From: Squalus acanthias
Lineage: Eukaryota
NCBI GenBank assembly: GCA_030390025.1
Contig: JASTWF010000523.1
Coordinates: 186,001-250,000 of the forward strand
Reading direction: 5' to 3'
DNA: 64,000 nt
Shown here: piece by piece, positions 25,001-40,000 of the stretch
Layout: every line of letters begins with the position of its first letter
Numbering within the stretch: position 1 is the first letter of the stretch
The notes under the pieces: generated by a model
What the model was told of the DNA's origin: nothing
The model's database searches: none
The model's input: the letters and a program-made list of their open reading frames with translations, nothing else
Program-made: the position numbers and the translations under genes

Positions 25001-28000
25001 CCGAAAGCTTGTAAAATTAAATAAATCTGTTGGACTATAACCTGGTGTTGTGCGACTTCTCATTTTTGTCCACCCCAGTCCAACGCCGGCATCTCCACAT
25101 CATGACATCATATTTCAGACAGTATCACATTGTCAAAGCTCAATACCTACACTGTGACTGCAGTGTGAGCAGGAGTGAGCTGAACCTGCAGCCTGGGACT
25201 CTGACTATCAGGCACTGAGAGGGGCTCTGTCCATCCAACTCCCTACAGGGAGCTTCAAGTCCAACAGCCCAGGCCTGGAGCAGGGATCTGGGAGCAGGAA
25301 TCTCACTGAACCTGCCGGGCCCGACCCCCAGCTGGATTGTGTGACCTCAGGCTGTGCATTTAGAATTGAAAGAGATGGATCTTCATGTTAATATCAGTGG
25401 CATGTGCTGTTACAGGGAGAAATAGACAACAGCTCTGTCGGGAATGAGTTACCACCCTGACCCTGTGGCACAGTCCCCTCTCACTCACTGCAGTATTTAT
25501 AGACAGACGGTGTTTCAGACAGGACTTGTGGAAATGCTGATGTTTTAATTATTGACAGGGCTCCCCCACGGATGTTAAACACTCCACACAGACCAGAACC
25601 TGAACTTCACAAGACAGAAACTGGCACAGCCCCAGGATCTGAAGTCTCTTACCTGCAAACATCGTAATCTCCTCCCGCTCTGAAAAACAGATTAAAATAA
25701 CATCAATGGCGCCGTCACATAATAAAGTGTAAATACTGAGCATAAATGGATCACAGAACCGGGCGACACAATGATTGCCATTTATTTACAGTGACCCGGA
25801 CACCACTGACATATCTCACTGAGAGCTGCACATCACACAGGATCCACCACACTCGGGACTGTCCACTTCTAGACAGGAACCTTAAAGGAGCCGGATCCAC
25901 TCACTGTGAGAAGATGCTTATCTCCGTCAGTAAGACCATTCTGTGGGAACGAGGTCGTACAGTAATTGTGGATCAGGAGGGAGCAGCTCGTGGTGTGTGA
26001 CCCTGTGTAAAAACCTTCGGGAAAACTTACAGCACAGCTGCTGTTCAGCGGAGACATCACACAGAGCAGATAAATATCACCAGAATTCATCACAATACTT
26101 ATCGACAAAATACAATCCAGCTACACTGATACTGGGCATCATCCCTTTCAATAATTACACACTGCATGGAGGGGCCATGGAACCACAGCTGAGATTTTCT
26201 CACAACTCTTCTTACCTGAGTCTTCTAGCTGCTTCTGTAGATCTGGAAGAGAATAGATTTTCATTAGAAACAACCTCCAGTTTCCTGACTGGTCTCAATG
26301 ATTTTCATGGGACTTGGAATAACTTTCATTAATGAGTTAAAGAGAAGAATCAAATTCAGACAGCAGACAGTGTATTGATGGGACAAAGGAAGACTTGTCT
26401 TTATATAGCGAGTGATCACATCGCCCTTCTCCACCCCACCTCAGCTCATAGGCTGCTGAAACCCTAAATCCAAGCCTTTGTTACCTCCAGACCTGACTAT
26501 TCCAACACAATCCTGGCCGGCCTCCCATCTCCCACCCTCTGTAAACTTGAGCTCACCCAAAACTCTGCTGCCCGTGTCCTAACTCGCACCAAGTCCCGTT
26601 CACCCATCACCCCTGCACTCGCTGACCTACATTGGCTCCCGGTCTGGCAACACCTCAATTTTAAAATTCACATCCTTGTATTCAAATCCTTCCATGGCCT
26701 CATCCCTCCTGATCTCTGTAACCTCCTCCAGCCCCACAACCCTCCCTATCTCTGTAACCTCCTCCACCCCTACAACCCTCCCTAGATCTGTAACCTCCTC
26801 CAGCCCTACAACCCTCCCTATCTCTGTAACCTCCTCCAGCCCTACAACCCTCCCTATCTCTGTAACCTCCTCCAGCCCAACAACCCTCCCTATCTCTGTA
26901 ACCTCCACCAGCCCTACAACCCTCCCTACCTCTGTAACCTCCTCCAGCCCTACAACCCTCCCTATCTCTGTAACCTCCTCCAGCCCTACAACCCTCCTTA
27001 TCTCTGTAATCTCCTCCAGCCCTACAACCCTCCCTATCTCTGTAATCTCCTCCAGCCCTACAACCCTCTCTATCTCTGTAATCTCCTCCAGCGCCACAAC
27101 CCTCCGAGATCTCTACATTCCTCCAATTCTGGCCTCCTTTGCAGCCCCGATTGGCGGCCGTGCCTTCAGCTGCCTGGGCCCTAAGCTCTGGAATTCCCTC
27201 CCTAAACCTCTCTATCCTCCTTGAACACGCTCCTTAAAACCTCATCAACCAAATTTTTGGTTACCTGTCCTAATATCTCATGTGCCTCAGTGTCACATTT
27301 TGTCTGATAACACTCCTGTGAAGCACCTTGGGGTGTTTTACTATGTTAAAGGTGCTGTATAAATACAAGTTGTTGTTGGTGTTGTATAGCGACTGATCAC
27401 ATTCTCAGGATGTCCCAAACACGCACCACATCCGAACAATTACTGTTTGAAGTGCAGTGACCGTTATGTAAGCAACGACATCAGCCATATTATGCACAGC
27501 ATGATCCCACCCACAGAAATGAAATGAACGAGTTCAGTCTGGTTTTGGTGGTGTTGGCCCAGATAAAGTTTAAGTGAAGACTCAAGCACCTCTGCGTGTT
27601 CGCAATCAGGAAATTTAACCCAAAATGATTGAGATGGAATTCCGCCCAAATGGTCGCGCAAACCCAATGATCAGAATCCTGAACCTAAAATCATCCGTGA
27701 ATCAGTGCAATCAACGAGCGAAACTGAAACAGAACCCATGGAGCCTCAAGGTGCTTTATTTTTAATTAGTTCCTGGGATGTGGGCGTCGCTGGCAAGGCC
27801 AGCATTTAGTGCCCATCCCTAATTGCCATTCAGAAGGTGGTGGTGAGCCGCCTTCTTGAACCACCGCAGTCTGTGTGGTGAAGGTGCTCCCACAATGCTG
27901 TTCGGGAGGGATTTCCAGGATTTTGACCCAGCGACGATGAAGGAACCGTGATATATTTCCAAGTCAGGATGGTATGTGACTTGGAGATGATGGAGTTCCC

Positions 28001-31000
28001 ATTCACCTGCTGCCCTCGTCCTTCTAGGTGGAAGAGGTCGCGGGTTTGGGAGGTGCTGCCGAAGAAGCCTTGGCGAGTTGCTGCAGTGCATCTTGTAGAT
28101 GGTACACACTGCAGCCACGGTACGCCGGTGGTGGAGGGAGTGAATGTTTAAGGTGATGGATGGGGTGCCAATCAAGCGGGCTGCTTTGTCCTGGATGGTG
28201 TCGAGCTTCTTGAGTGTTGTTGGAGCTGCACTCATCCAGGCAAGTGGAGAGTATTCCATCACACTCCTGACTTGTGCCTAGTAGATGGTGGAAAGGCTTT
28301 GGGGTGTCAGTACGTGAGACACTTGTTGCAGAATCCCCAGCCTCTGACCTGCTCTTGCAGCTACAGTATTTAAGTGGCTGGTCCAGTTAAGTTTCTGGTC
28401 AATAGTGACCCCTAGGATGTTGATGGTGAGGGATTCGGCGATGGTAATGCTGTTGAATGTCAAGGGGCAGTGGTTAGTCTGCCTCTTGTTGGAGATAGTC
28501 ATTGCCTGGCCATTGTGTGCCACAAATGTTACCTGCCACTTATCAGCCCAAGCCTGAACGTCGTCCAGGACTTGCTGCATGCGGGAATGGACTGCTTCAT
28601 TATCTGAGGAGTTGCGAATAGAACTGAACACTGTGCAGTCATCAGCAAAAATCCCCACTTCTGACCTTATGATGGAGAGGTGGTCATTGATGAAGCAGCT
28701 GAAGATGGATGGGCCAAGGACACTGCCCTGAGGAACAACTGCAGCGATGTCCTGGGGCTGTGATGATTGGCCTCCAACAACCACAACTATCTTCCTTTGT
28801 GTTTGGTATCACTCCAGCCAGTGCAGAGTTTTCCCCCCCGATTCCCATTGACTTCAATTTTACTAGGGCTCCTTGAAGCCACATTCGGTCAAATGCTGCC
28901 TTGATGTCAAGGGCAGTCACTCTCACCTCACCTCTGGAATTCAGCTATTTTGTCCATGTTTGGACCAAGGCTGTAATGAGGTCGGGAGCAGAGTGGTCCT
29001 GGCGTAATAGAAAACTGGGCATCGGTGAGCAGGTTATTGGTGAGTAAGTGGCGCTTGATAGCACTACTGACGACACCTTACATTGATTGAGAGTAGACTG
29101 ATGGGGCGGTAATTGGCCGGATTGGATTTGTGCTGTTTTTTGTGGACAGAACAGTTTTCCACATTGTCGGACAGATGCCAGTGTTGTAGCTGTACTGGAA
29201 CAGCTTGGCTAGAGGCACGGCTAGTTCTGGAGCACAAGTCCTCAGAAGACAGCCGGAATGTTTTCGGGGCCCATAGCCTTTGCTGGGGTAGGGTAGTATA
29301 AAAAGTGATGGAAAAACCATTTCCCCTTCGAAGTGGGGCTGGAGACTGCGAGTGAAGCAACATACAACTCTCTATCCTGTAAACTTCCACAGTAACTAAT
29401 TTAAACTGCTGTGCAGAGGGTTTGAACTGTCTCTAACTTGTCTCCTCTTGCAGACTCACTGCGAGTAGCCGAGGAGGAGCGGACCTAGCCGGGAACCGGA
29501 GCAGAGAGGAAAAAAATCCAGGAGTCCAAAAAAACAAGGTGTGACATCACAGGACAGCAGGTATAAAAAGTGACACAAGGGAAGGAGCTGATTGGTGAGT
29601 AGCTGGTGAGTGTTTTTGTTAAGTTTTAAGTTTATTTCTGCTAAGTTAGTTCTTAGTCTATTAAATAGAGGCATGGCAGGGCAGCTCAGTCCTGTGGAGT
29701 GCACATCCTGTGCCATGTGGGAAGTCCTGGATGCTTCGTGTAGCCTGGACAACCACATGTGCAGGAAGTGTCGCCAGCTACAGCAACTCGAGCTCTGGGT
29801 TTCGGAGCTTGAGCGGCGGCTGGAGTCACTGCGGAGCATCCGCGAGGCTGAGAGTTACGTGGATAGCACGTTCCTACAGGTGGTCACCCCGCAGCTTAAG
29901 AGTGTGCAGGCAGAGAGGGAATGGGTGACCGCCAGACAGAAGAGGAGGACCAGGCAGGTAGTGCAAGAGTCCCCGGAGTGCATCGCGCTCTCCAACCAGT
30001 ATTCTGTTCTGAGTACTGGTGACGGTGATGGTTCCTCTGGGGAGTGCAGCCAGAGCCAAGTCCACGGCACCACGGGTGGCTCAGCTGCACAGCGGGGGAG
30101 GAAAAAGAGTGGAAGAGTAATAGTGGTAGGGGATTCGATAAGGGAACGGTAGCGTCGTGGTAATGTCACTGGGCTAGTAATCCAGAGAACTGGACTAATG
30201 ATCCAGAGACACGAGTTCAAATCCCAACTTGGCAGCTGGGGAATTTAAATTCAGTTAATTAAATAAATCTGGAATAAAATTTTCATTTGATAGAGCTGTG
30301 TAATATCATGAAGGGTTTTGAGAGAGTAATTAACGAGAAAATGGTTGAAGGGTCGGGAACCAGAGGACACAGATTGAAGGTACTTGGCAAAAGAACTTAT
30401 GAGGAGAATTTCTTTTTACCCCAGCAAGTTATGATCTGGAATGCACTGTCTGAAAGGGTGGTGGAAGCAGATTCAATAATAACTTTCAAAAGGGAATTGG
30501 ATAAATACTTGAAAGCGAAAAAAATTCAGGGCTATGGGGAAAGAGCGGGGCAGGGAGGGAGTGGAACTAATTGGATTGCTCTTTCAAAGAGCCGGCACAG
30601 GCACGATGGGCCGAATGGCCTCCTTCTGTGCTGTATCATTCTAGGATTCTATGATCCCTTTGCTCCTCTACCCCACCCAGACCCGCACCCTCCAAGTAAT
30701 AAGTGACCTCCCTATTCTTCCTACCAAAATGTAATACATCACATTTATCTGTGGTGAATTTCAGTTGCCAATTATTGCCCATTCTGCAAGTTTATTAATG
30801 TCTTCCTGTAATTTGTTGCAGTCCTCCTCAGTATTGACTATCCCCTCCCTAATTTGGTGTCGTCTGCAAATTTAGAAAATTGGATGTCAAAAGGGAAAGT
30901 CTTGCATGGTGGCTGGTAGACAGCGGAGGGAGGCAGCTGGCAAAAGAGCTCGTCTGAACGTGGGGGACAAGCGAGGGTGAGAGAGTGGGGGAAATTTGAG

Positions 31001-34000
31001 CCCATCTCTATGACCTCCTCTTTCTCCTCCTTGTTGCCAAGTGGCGGGAGGGGGGGTGGAAGACATTCATCCTGTGATCACATTTTAAAGAAGGATGTTA
31101 ACATTTATTAAAGTTTTATGATATTATAAAAATTCATACAAAGTTGATAAAGTTTACAATGTTTGGACTCGTTTTAAAAACAATAAATTAAATGTTTGCA
31201 CTTGTACAGTTTCATTGTTCAGAATGTTTCTTCAAATTTGTAGCGTTTTATATTGAAACTATTAGTTGTTTAGAGATTTGTTAATTTTTCACAATTGTAA
31301 AAGTGTTATATGAATGATCTATTTCTTGCTGACAGTTCGAACTTTAAACTTTTTGTAAAAAATGGTTTTGACTTTGAACGGATCAGTGTGTGAGGCTTCT
31401 GCTCGTGGCCCCGGGGGGAGGGGGCTCGTTGGTTGAAAGCCTGAATCACAAGCCCGCTCAGATTGCACTGGCCTGTTGGACGCCTGCCTCCTGCACAAGG
31501 GCCGTGTCCCTCTGCTCCGGGACACACAGCGCTGGATCTTCCGTCCCGATCAGCTCCTCTCCCGGGATCTCGAGGTCCAGACCTTCAATCAATGACAAGT
31601 TGTGCAGGGGCAGCACTCCCTCAGTCCCAGTCACCCTCTCTGGGGGATACTGAAGTACACCCCCACACCTGTCCAGGCACCTGCAGCAGCTCTTCAGCTC
31701 CCCAATTGTTCTCTCCATGACCTGCCTGGTGGACACATGCGCCTCATTGTACCTCTCCTCCACCTCGGTCTGTACCACAGCCAGCAACTCATAACTCATT
31801 CCAGGCCTGTACACTCTGTGGGCAGGGTACCTGCGAGTGGAGTGCAGTCTCCTCCTGTGGCGCTTAACCCCTTGGGCCTCGAGTCTCGTGACCTCTTTCT
31901 CCTCTCCCTCCTCCTACTCCTCCAACATTAGAAAGAGCAGTGGTGCAGCCAGAAAATGAGCCACCCTTCAGGGTTTTTCAGCCTGTGAACTGGATTTCTG
32001 CAGCAACAGGAGAGGCTGGAGGCTTCAATTCACTACGGGTCAGCTGATTTATGCTGGATTCATATGACCATCTGAGAATCTGGGCACAATGTTGAGACCC
32101 CCAAAAAAGCACAAATGGAGGAAACTCTCGTTTCGGGGCTGGGGGCGTGGCTAGTTTGGGGGCGGAGACTCGTTCGCACGCAGGGTTTAACGGATGCATT
32201 TAAAAGATCGCAGATACTTGGGTGCATCTTATGTGCGTAATTTAAAAAAATTCATTCATTCATGGGATGTGGGCGTCGCAGGCAAGGCCAGCATTTATTG
32301 CACATCCATAATTGCCCTTGAGAAGGTGGTGGTGAGCCGCCCTCTTGAACCGCTGCAGTCCCTGTGGTGAAGGTACTCCCACAGTGCGTTCGGGAGGGAG
32401 TTCCAGGATTTTGACCCAGTGACGATGAAGGAAAGGCCGATATATTTCCAAGTCAGGATGGTGTGTGACTTGGAGGGGAACTTGGAGGTGATGGTGTTCT
32501 CATGCGCCTGCTGCCCTTGTCCTTCTAAGTGGTGGAGGTCACATGTTTGGGAGGTGCTGTTGAAGAAGCCTTCGTGAGTTGCTGCAGTGCATTTTGTAGA
32601 AGGCACACACTGCAGCCACGGTGCGCCGGTGGTGGAGGGAGTGGATGTTTAAGGTGGTAGATGGGGTACCAATCAAGAGGACGGCTTTGTCCTGGACGGT
32701 GTCGAGCTTCTTGAGTGTTGTTGGAGCAGCACTCATCCAGGCAAGTGGAGAGTATTCCATCACACTCCTGACTTGTGCCTTGTAGATGGTGGAAAGGCTT
32801 TGGAGAGTCAGGAGGTTTCTGGCCAATGGTGACCCCCAGGATGTTGATGGTGGCGGATTAGACGATGGTAATGCCATGGAATATCATGGGGAGGTGGTTA
32901 GATGCTCTCTTGTTGGAGATGGTCATTGACTGCCACTTGTGTGGCACGAATGTTACTTGCCACTTATCAGCCCAAGCCTGAATGTTGCCCAGACCATGCT
33001 GCATGCGGGCACGGACTGCTTCATTAGCTGAGGAGTTGTGAATGGAATTGAACACTGCAATCATCAGCGAACATCCCCACATCTAACCTGATGATGGAAG
33101 GAAGGTCATTTTTGAAGCATCTCAAGATGGTTGGGCCGAGGACACTGCCCTGAGGAACTCCTGCAGCGATGTCCTGGGGCTGAGATGATTGGCCTCCAAC
33201 AACCACAACCATCTTCCTTTGTGCTAGGTATGACTCCAGCCAGTGGAGTGCTTTACCCCTGATTCCCACTGACTTCAATTTTACTAGGGATCCTTGATGC
33301 CACACTCAGTCAAATGCTGCCTTGATGTCAAGGGCCGTCACTCTCACCTCACCTCTGGCATTCAGCTCCTTTGTCCATGTTTGAACCAAGGCTGTAATGA
33401 GGTCTGGAGCCGAGTGGTCCTGGCGGAACCTAAACTGAGCATCGGTGAGCAGGTTATTGGTGAGTAATGATTGAGAGTAGACTGATGGGGCGGTAATTTC
33501 CAGATTGGACTTGTCCAGCTTTTTGTGGACAGGGCATACCTGGGTAATTTTCCACTTTGTCGGGTAGATGCCAGTTTTGTAGCTGTATTGGAACATCTTG
33601 GCTAGAGGCACAGCTAGTTCTGGAGCACAAGTCTTCAGCACGACAGCCGGGATGTTGTCGGAGCCTTTGCTGTGTCCAGTGCGCTCAGCCGTTTCTTGAT
33701 ATCAGGTGAGTGAATCGAATTGGATGAAGACTTGCATCTGTGATGGTGGGGACCTCAGGAGCAGGTGGATCATTGTCTCGGCACTTCTGGCTGAAGATGG
33801 TTGCGAATGTTTCAGCCCTGTCTTTTGCATTCACATTCTGGACTCCGCCATCTGTGAGGATGGGGATATTCATGGAGCCTTCTCCTGTTATTTGTTAAAT
33901 TGTCCACCACCATTCATGACTGGATGTGGCAGGACTGCAGAGCTTTGATCTGATCCATTGATTGTGGGATCGCTTAGCCCTGTCTATAGCATGCTGCTTC

Positions 34001-37000
34001 CGTTGTTTAGCATGCATGTAGTCCTGTGTTGTAGGTTCACAGGGGTGGCAACTCGTTTCTAGGTACGCCTGGTCCTGCTCCTGGCATGCTCTTCTACAGT
34101 CCTCATTGAACCAGGATTGGACCCTGGCGTGATAGTAATGGTAGAGTGAGGGATATGCCAGGCCATGATGTTACAGATTGTGGTGGAATACAATTCTGCT
34201 GCTGCTGATGACCCACAGAGCCTCATGCATGCCCAGTTTTGAGCTACTAGATCTGTTCTGAATCTGTTAGTTTTTTGAGGTTGTAACTAGCAGAATAGAT
34301 AAGGGGGAACCAGTGGATGTGGTGAATTTGGATTTTCAGAAGGCATTCGATAAGGTTTTTACATAGGATTACATAGGATATACGGCACAGAAACAGGCCA
34401 TTCGGCCCAACCAGTCCATGCCGGCGTTTATGCTCCACACGAGCTTCCTCCCGTCTTTCCTCATCTAAATCTATCTGCATAACCCTCTATTCCCTTTTCC
34501 CTCATATGCTTGTCTACCATCCCCTTAAATGCATCCCTACTATTCGCTTCAACCACTCCCTGTGGTAGCGAGTTCCACATTCTCACCACTCTCTGGGTAA
34601 AGAAGTTTCTTCTGAATTCCCTTTTGGATTTCTTGGTGACTATCTTATATTGATGGCCTCTAGTTATGCTCTTCCCCACAATTGGAAACATTCTCTCTGT
34701 ATCCACTCTATCAAACCTTTTCATAATTTTAAAGACCTCTATTAGGTCACCCCTCAGCCTTCTTTTTTCAAGAGAAAAGAGACCCAGCCTGTTCATTCTG
34801 ATAAGTATACCCTTGCATTTCTGGTATTCATCCTTGTAAATCTTCCCTGTACCCTCTCCAGTGCCTCTATATCCTTTTTATAATATGGTGACCAGAACTG
34901 TACACAGTACTCGAATTGTGGTCTAACCAAGGTTCGATACAGGTTTAGCATAACTTCCCTACTTTTCAATTCTATCCCTCTAGAAATAAACCCGAGTGCT
35001 TGGTTTGCTTTTTTTATGGTAAGGTGCCACACAAGAGGTTATTAAACAAAATTAGGGCTCATGGCATTGGGGGTAATATACTAGCAGGGATTGAGGATAG
35101 GTTAACGGACAGAAAACAGAGAGTAAGAATAAACGAGTTATTTTCAGGTTGCTGGCTGTAACTAGTGGGGTACCGCAAGGATCAGTGCTTGAGCCTCAGC
35201 TATTCAAAATCTAGATCAATGATTTGGATGAGGGGACCGAATGTAATATATCCAAGTTTGCTGATGATACAAAGCTGGGTGGGAAAGTAAGTTGTGAGGA
35301 GGATGCAAAGATGCTTCAAGGGGATATAGACAAGCTGAGTGAGCAAGAACATGGCAAATGGAATATAATGTGGAGAAATGTGAAGGGTCCTGGTGAGACT
35401 ACACCTGGAGTATTGTCTACAGTTTTGGTCTCCTTACCTAAGGAAGGAGATACTTTCTATAGAGGGAGTGCAACGAAGGTTCACCAGACTGATTCCTGGG
35501 ATGGGTGGATTGTCCTATGAGGAGGGATTGAGTAGACTAGGCCTATATTCTATAGCGTTTAGAAGAATGAGAGGTGATTTCATTGAAACATACAAAATTC
35601 TTACAGGGCTTGACAGGGTAGATGCAGGGAGGACGTTTCCCCTGGCTAGAACCAGGGGTCACAGTCTCAGAATAAGGGGTCGGCCATTTAGGACTGAGAT
35701 GAGGAGAAATTTCTTCAGAGGCTGGTGAATCTTTGGAATTCTTTACCCCAGAGGGCTGTGGAGGCTCAGTCATTGAGTATATTCAAGACAGAGATCGATA
35801 GATTTTTGGATATTAAGGGAATCAAGGGATATGGGGATAGTGCAGGAAAGTGGAGTTGAGGTAGAAGATCAGCCATGATCTTATTGAATGGCAGAGCAAG
35901 CTCGAAGGGCCAAATGGCCTACTCTTGCTCCTATTAATTATGTGTATCTGGGCACAAATCAGGAGGAAATTACGAGCCCAAGAGAAACACCATGTTCCTT
36001 CCCCCCACTCCGAACCACTAGACAAGGCAGAGGAGGGTTCGGTTTTATGTTTTATCAAATCGAACAATGCAGCAGTCAGTATATAATGCTGGATCCTGGA
36101 GTGCAGTTAGAGCACACATTATTCTCATCTCGAAGTCAGAACACTATAAACTCAGGTGATTAACTAACAGTTATGGGTGAGGGTGAAGTGTTACATCTTG
36201 CAAACATGGAATGATTAAAAGAAAACACGCAATTCACACACTTACTGCCAGCTTTATCCATTGTACATTTCTAATTCACATTTAGAATGGAAACTGTCTG
36301 TGTAAACTCGTCACGCTGTAATTACACCCTCCAACCAGTGGAGGCGCTGCAGCAAATCCACTGGCAGGAGGAGGAGGAACAACATGGCAAGTTTACATTA
36401 TAAATGTTGACTGTAGGAATTTATATTGGAAGTAGAAAAATAAGGACAGAATGTATGATGTTACAGTAGGGATTGATTTCATTTAGCATCAGGTGTGGTA
36501 GTGTAGTGGTTATGTAACTGGTAATGTCAAGAAATGGATTAATGATCAAATCCCACCTTGGACTGTTGTAAAGCTGAATTTCCCTGGATGACGAAAGAGA
36601 CAGAGAGAGCAAGATGAATCAGAAAAAGAGCGCGTATGACAGATGTCAGGTTGAGAATACAATTGTGAATCAGGCTGAATATAGAAAGTTCAGAGGGGAA
36701 GTGAAAAAGAAAATAAGAGTGGCAAAGAGAGAGTATGAGAATAGATTGGCAGCTAACATAAAAGGAAATTCAAAAGTCTTCTATCGGCATATAAATAATA
36801 AACGGGTAGTAAGTGGAGAGGTAGGGCTGATTAGGGACCAAAAAGGAGACCTACGCATGGAGGCAGAGGGCATGGCTGAGGTAGAAAATGAGTACTTTGC
36901 AACTCTCTTCACCAAGGAAGAAGATGCTGCTAAAGTCATAGTGAAAGAGGAGGTAGTGGAGATACTGGATGAGATAAAAATTGATAGTGGAGGTACTAGA

Positions 37001-40000
37001 AAGGCTGTCTGTACTTAAAGTTGGTAAGTCACCAGGACCGGGTGGAATACATCCTAGGGTGCTGAGGGAAGTTAAGGAGGAAATCGTGGAAGTACTGGCC
37101 ATAATCTTCCAAACCTCCTTAGAAACGGGGGTGGTGCCAGAGGACTGGAGAATTGCACAGGTTACACCCATGTTCAAAAAAGGGTGTAAGGAAAAACCCA
37201 GCAACTACAGGCCAGTCAGTTTAACCTCGGTAGTGGGGACGCTTTTAGAAACGTTAATCAGGAACAAAGTTAACAGTCACTTGGACAAGTGTGAATTAAT
37301 TAAGGAAAGCCAGCACAGATTTGTTAAAGGCAAATCATTTTAACTAACTTGATCGAGTTTTTTGATGAGGTAACAGAGAGGGTTGATGAGAGCAATGCGG
37401 TTGACGTGGTGTACATGGATTTCCAAAAGGCGTTTGATAAAGTGCCACATAATAGGCTTGCCAAAAAAGTTGAAGCCCATGGAATAAAAGGGACAGTGGC
37501 AGCATGGATATGAAATTGGCTAAGTGACAGAAAAGAGAGTAGTGGTGAACGGTTGTTTCTCGGACTGGAGGAAAGTATACAGTGGTGTTCCCCAGGGGTC
37601 AGTACTAGGACCACTGCTTTTCTTGATATACATCAATGACTTGGACTTGGGTGTACAGGGCACAGTTTCAAAATGTGCAGATGACACAAAACTTGGAAGT
37701 AGAGTGAACAGTGGAGGTTAGTGATAGACTTCAAGAAGGCTGGATAGACAGGCTGGTGAAATGGGCCGACACACGGCAGATGAAATTTAATGCAGAAAAG
37801 TGTGAAGTGATACATTTTGGTAGGAAGAATAAGGAGAGGCGATATAAACTAAACCGTACGATCCTAAAGGGGGTGCATGAACAGAGAGACCTGGGGGTAT
37901 GTGTGCACAAATCGTTGAAGGTGGCAGGGCAGGTTGAGAAAGCGGCTAAAAAGCATATGGGATCCTGGGCTTCACAAATAGAGGCATAGAGTACAAAAGC
38001 AAGGAAGTTATGATGAACCTGTATAAAACACTGGTTCGGCCTCAACTGGAGTATTGTGTCCAATTCTGGGCACCGCTCTTTAGGAAGGATGTGAAGGCCT
38101 TAGAGAGGGTGCAGAAAAGATTGACGAGAATGATTCCAGGGATGAGTTACGTGGATAGACTAGAGAAGCTGGGGTTGTTCTCCTTGGAGCAGAGAAGGTT
38201 GAGAGGAGATTTGATAGAGGAGTTCCAAATCATGAGGTGTCTAGACAGAGTAGATAGAGAGAAACTGTTCCCACTGATGGAAGGGTCAAGAACCTGAGGG
38301 CACAGTTTTAAGGTGATCGGCAGAAGAACCAATGGCGACATGAGGAAAAACCTTTTTTGCGCAGCGAGTGATTATGATCTGGAATGCACTGCCTGAAAGG
38401 GTGGTGGAGGCAGATTCAATCATGGCTTTCAAAAGGGAATTGGATAAGTACCTGAAGGAAAAAAATTTGCAGTGCTACGGGGAAAGGGCGGGGGAATGGG
38501 ACTAGCTGAAGTGCTCTTGCAGAGAGCCAGCACGGGCTTGACGGGCTGAATGGCCTCCTTCTGTGCTGTAACCAGTCTATGATTCATCTACAAGCCCTGG
38601 TTTGATTACTTACTACACGACCCCCTCCCAGCCCCCCGACACACTCCAATCCCGCTCCACCTGAAGATTTCTTTTGGTTTTGACTTCACGTGTGAAATGT
38701 CCGCGGGAGACTGAGTAGTCTCAAATAAATATGTTTAAATTTAATTGAAATAGCAAACGAAGGAATTACATACGACGCGGTTAACCATTCCTCCAAATGT
38801 CACTGACAGCAATTTCAGGGCTGTTTCTGTTCGTAGCATTTCTAGTGCAGCAAGCATCAGTTTTTCAAAATGATGGAAAACGTGCATCTAAAATGTAACC
38901 TGTGGTAAGTTCACATGTAAGGATTTTTTCCTGTGTGTTAGGTGGCATGAAGCAGGCAGAGCTGGAGGTATCCAGCACAGAGAGACTGTGAAACTCCACT
39001 GGAATATGGAACAGCAATTCAGAGTTCTGCAGCCAAATGCAGGCTTTCCCAATCCCGGATCAGTAAGTGATGGTTTGTACTGTGATGTACTTTAGTGAAA
39101 TGGAACGCAGTGATATTAAATCACTGTTACTGCAAGATTATGGATCCTCTTATTCTGTACAATTATAAGAAAAAATGATTTTCTGTATATTTCAGTGTTT
39201 ACACAATTCAAGATTTTAAACATTTTTTGTAAGATGTTACCTTTCAATTCTTTCCATGTATAAAAAACACCGTTCCATCGGTCTAACCAGTAGAGAACAG
39301 CGGCAATTATTAGAATAGCAGTGAGAACCGTGAATATCCAGAAAGCCACACACCATCCTGAAACTCCCATCTCCTGAGGGAAAAACTCATCTGTAAATAA
39401 ACAAACAAACTTATTTGTTGTAGAACTAAGATACCATTGACATGTCAAACAATAAATCCATCAGACTGATGAATGTGTTCATGTGAATATTTCATAAATA
39501 TGTCATAAACCCTCTGTTGAGGAGGGCTCGTCACTGACCTGCTATCTCAATAATCCCTTCTCTTTCCTCGAAGAGCAATCTGTTCCTTATCAGACAGGAG
39601 TAGCTTTCCCCAAGATCCTTTGTGATGTTGATGTGACTTTCGATAGTGACAGCTCCGCTGGACTCTGTAGTATTCAGGGTTTTAGACGGTGCAGAAATGT
39701 CCGGTCCATCTGTGTATCTCCAGGATACCTCAGGGGCCGGGTACCATCCACTGGATTTACACACAAGACTCCCCCCTCGCTCATGGAATCCTTCAACATG
39801 GATCTCAGGTTGACTCCCAGACACTACAAATATGGACAATAAGCTGCATATTATTTTATTGTACCAAGACATCTATTGGATAAATACGGTCCATGCAGTG
39901 TGTAATTATTGAAAGGGATGGTTCAGGAGAGGCTTTTAACAGGGTTTTGTTCCAGAACGGATCGCTGTTCATGACCTCTGCCATCAGTTGGTACAGATGT

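Larger units (their letters stand above)
24532..25105. mobile_element. Palindromic Penelope pLTR-only insertion (inverted pLTR pair + tail) in the last BTN intron
   Basis: Arms 24530-24795 and 24803-25068 are reverse complements with a 7-nt loop. Homologous to the pLTR at 52970-53290. 12-bp TSD CATCATATTTCA at 24520-24531 and 25106-25117. Confidence 0.92.

Noticed and set aside
26627-27224. Mucin-like S/T/P-rich ORF
   Set aside because: 36-bp expansion inside an L2 fragment.
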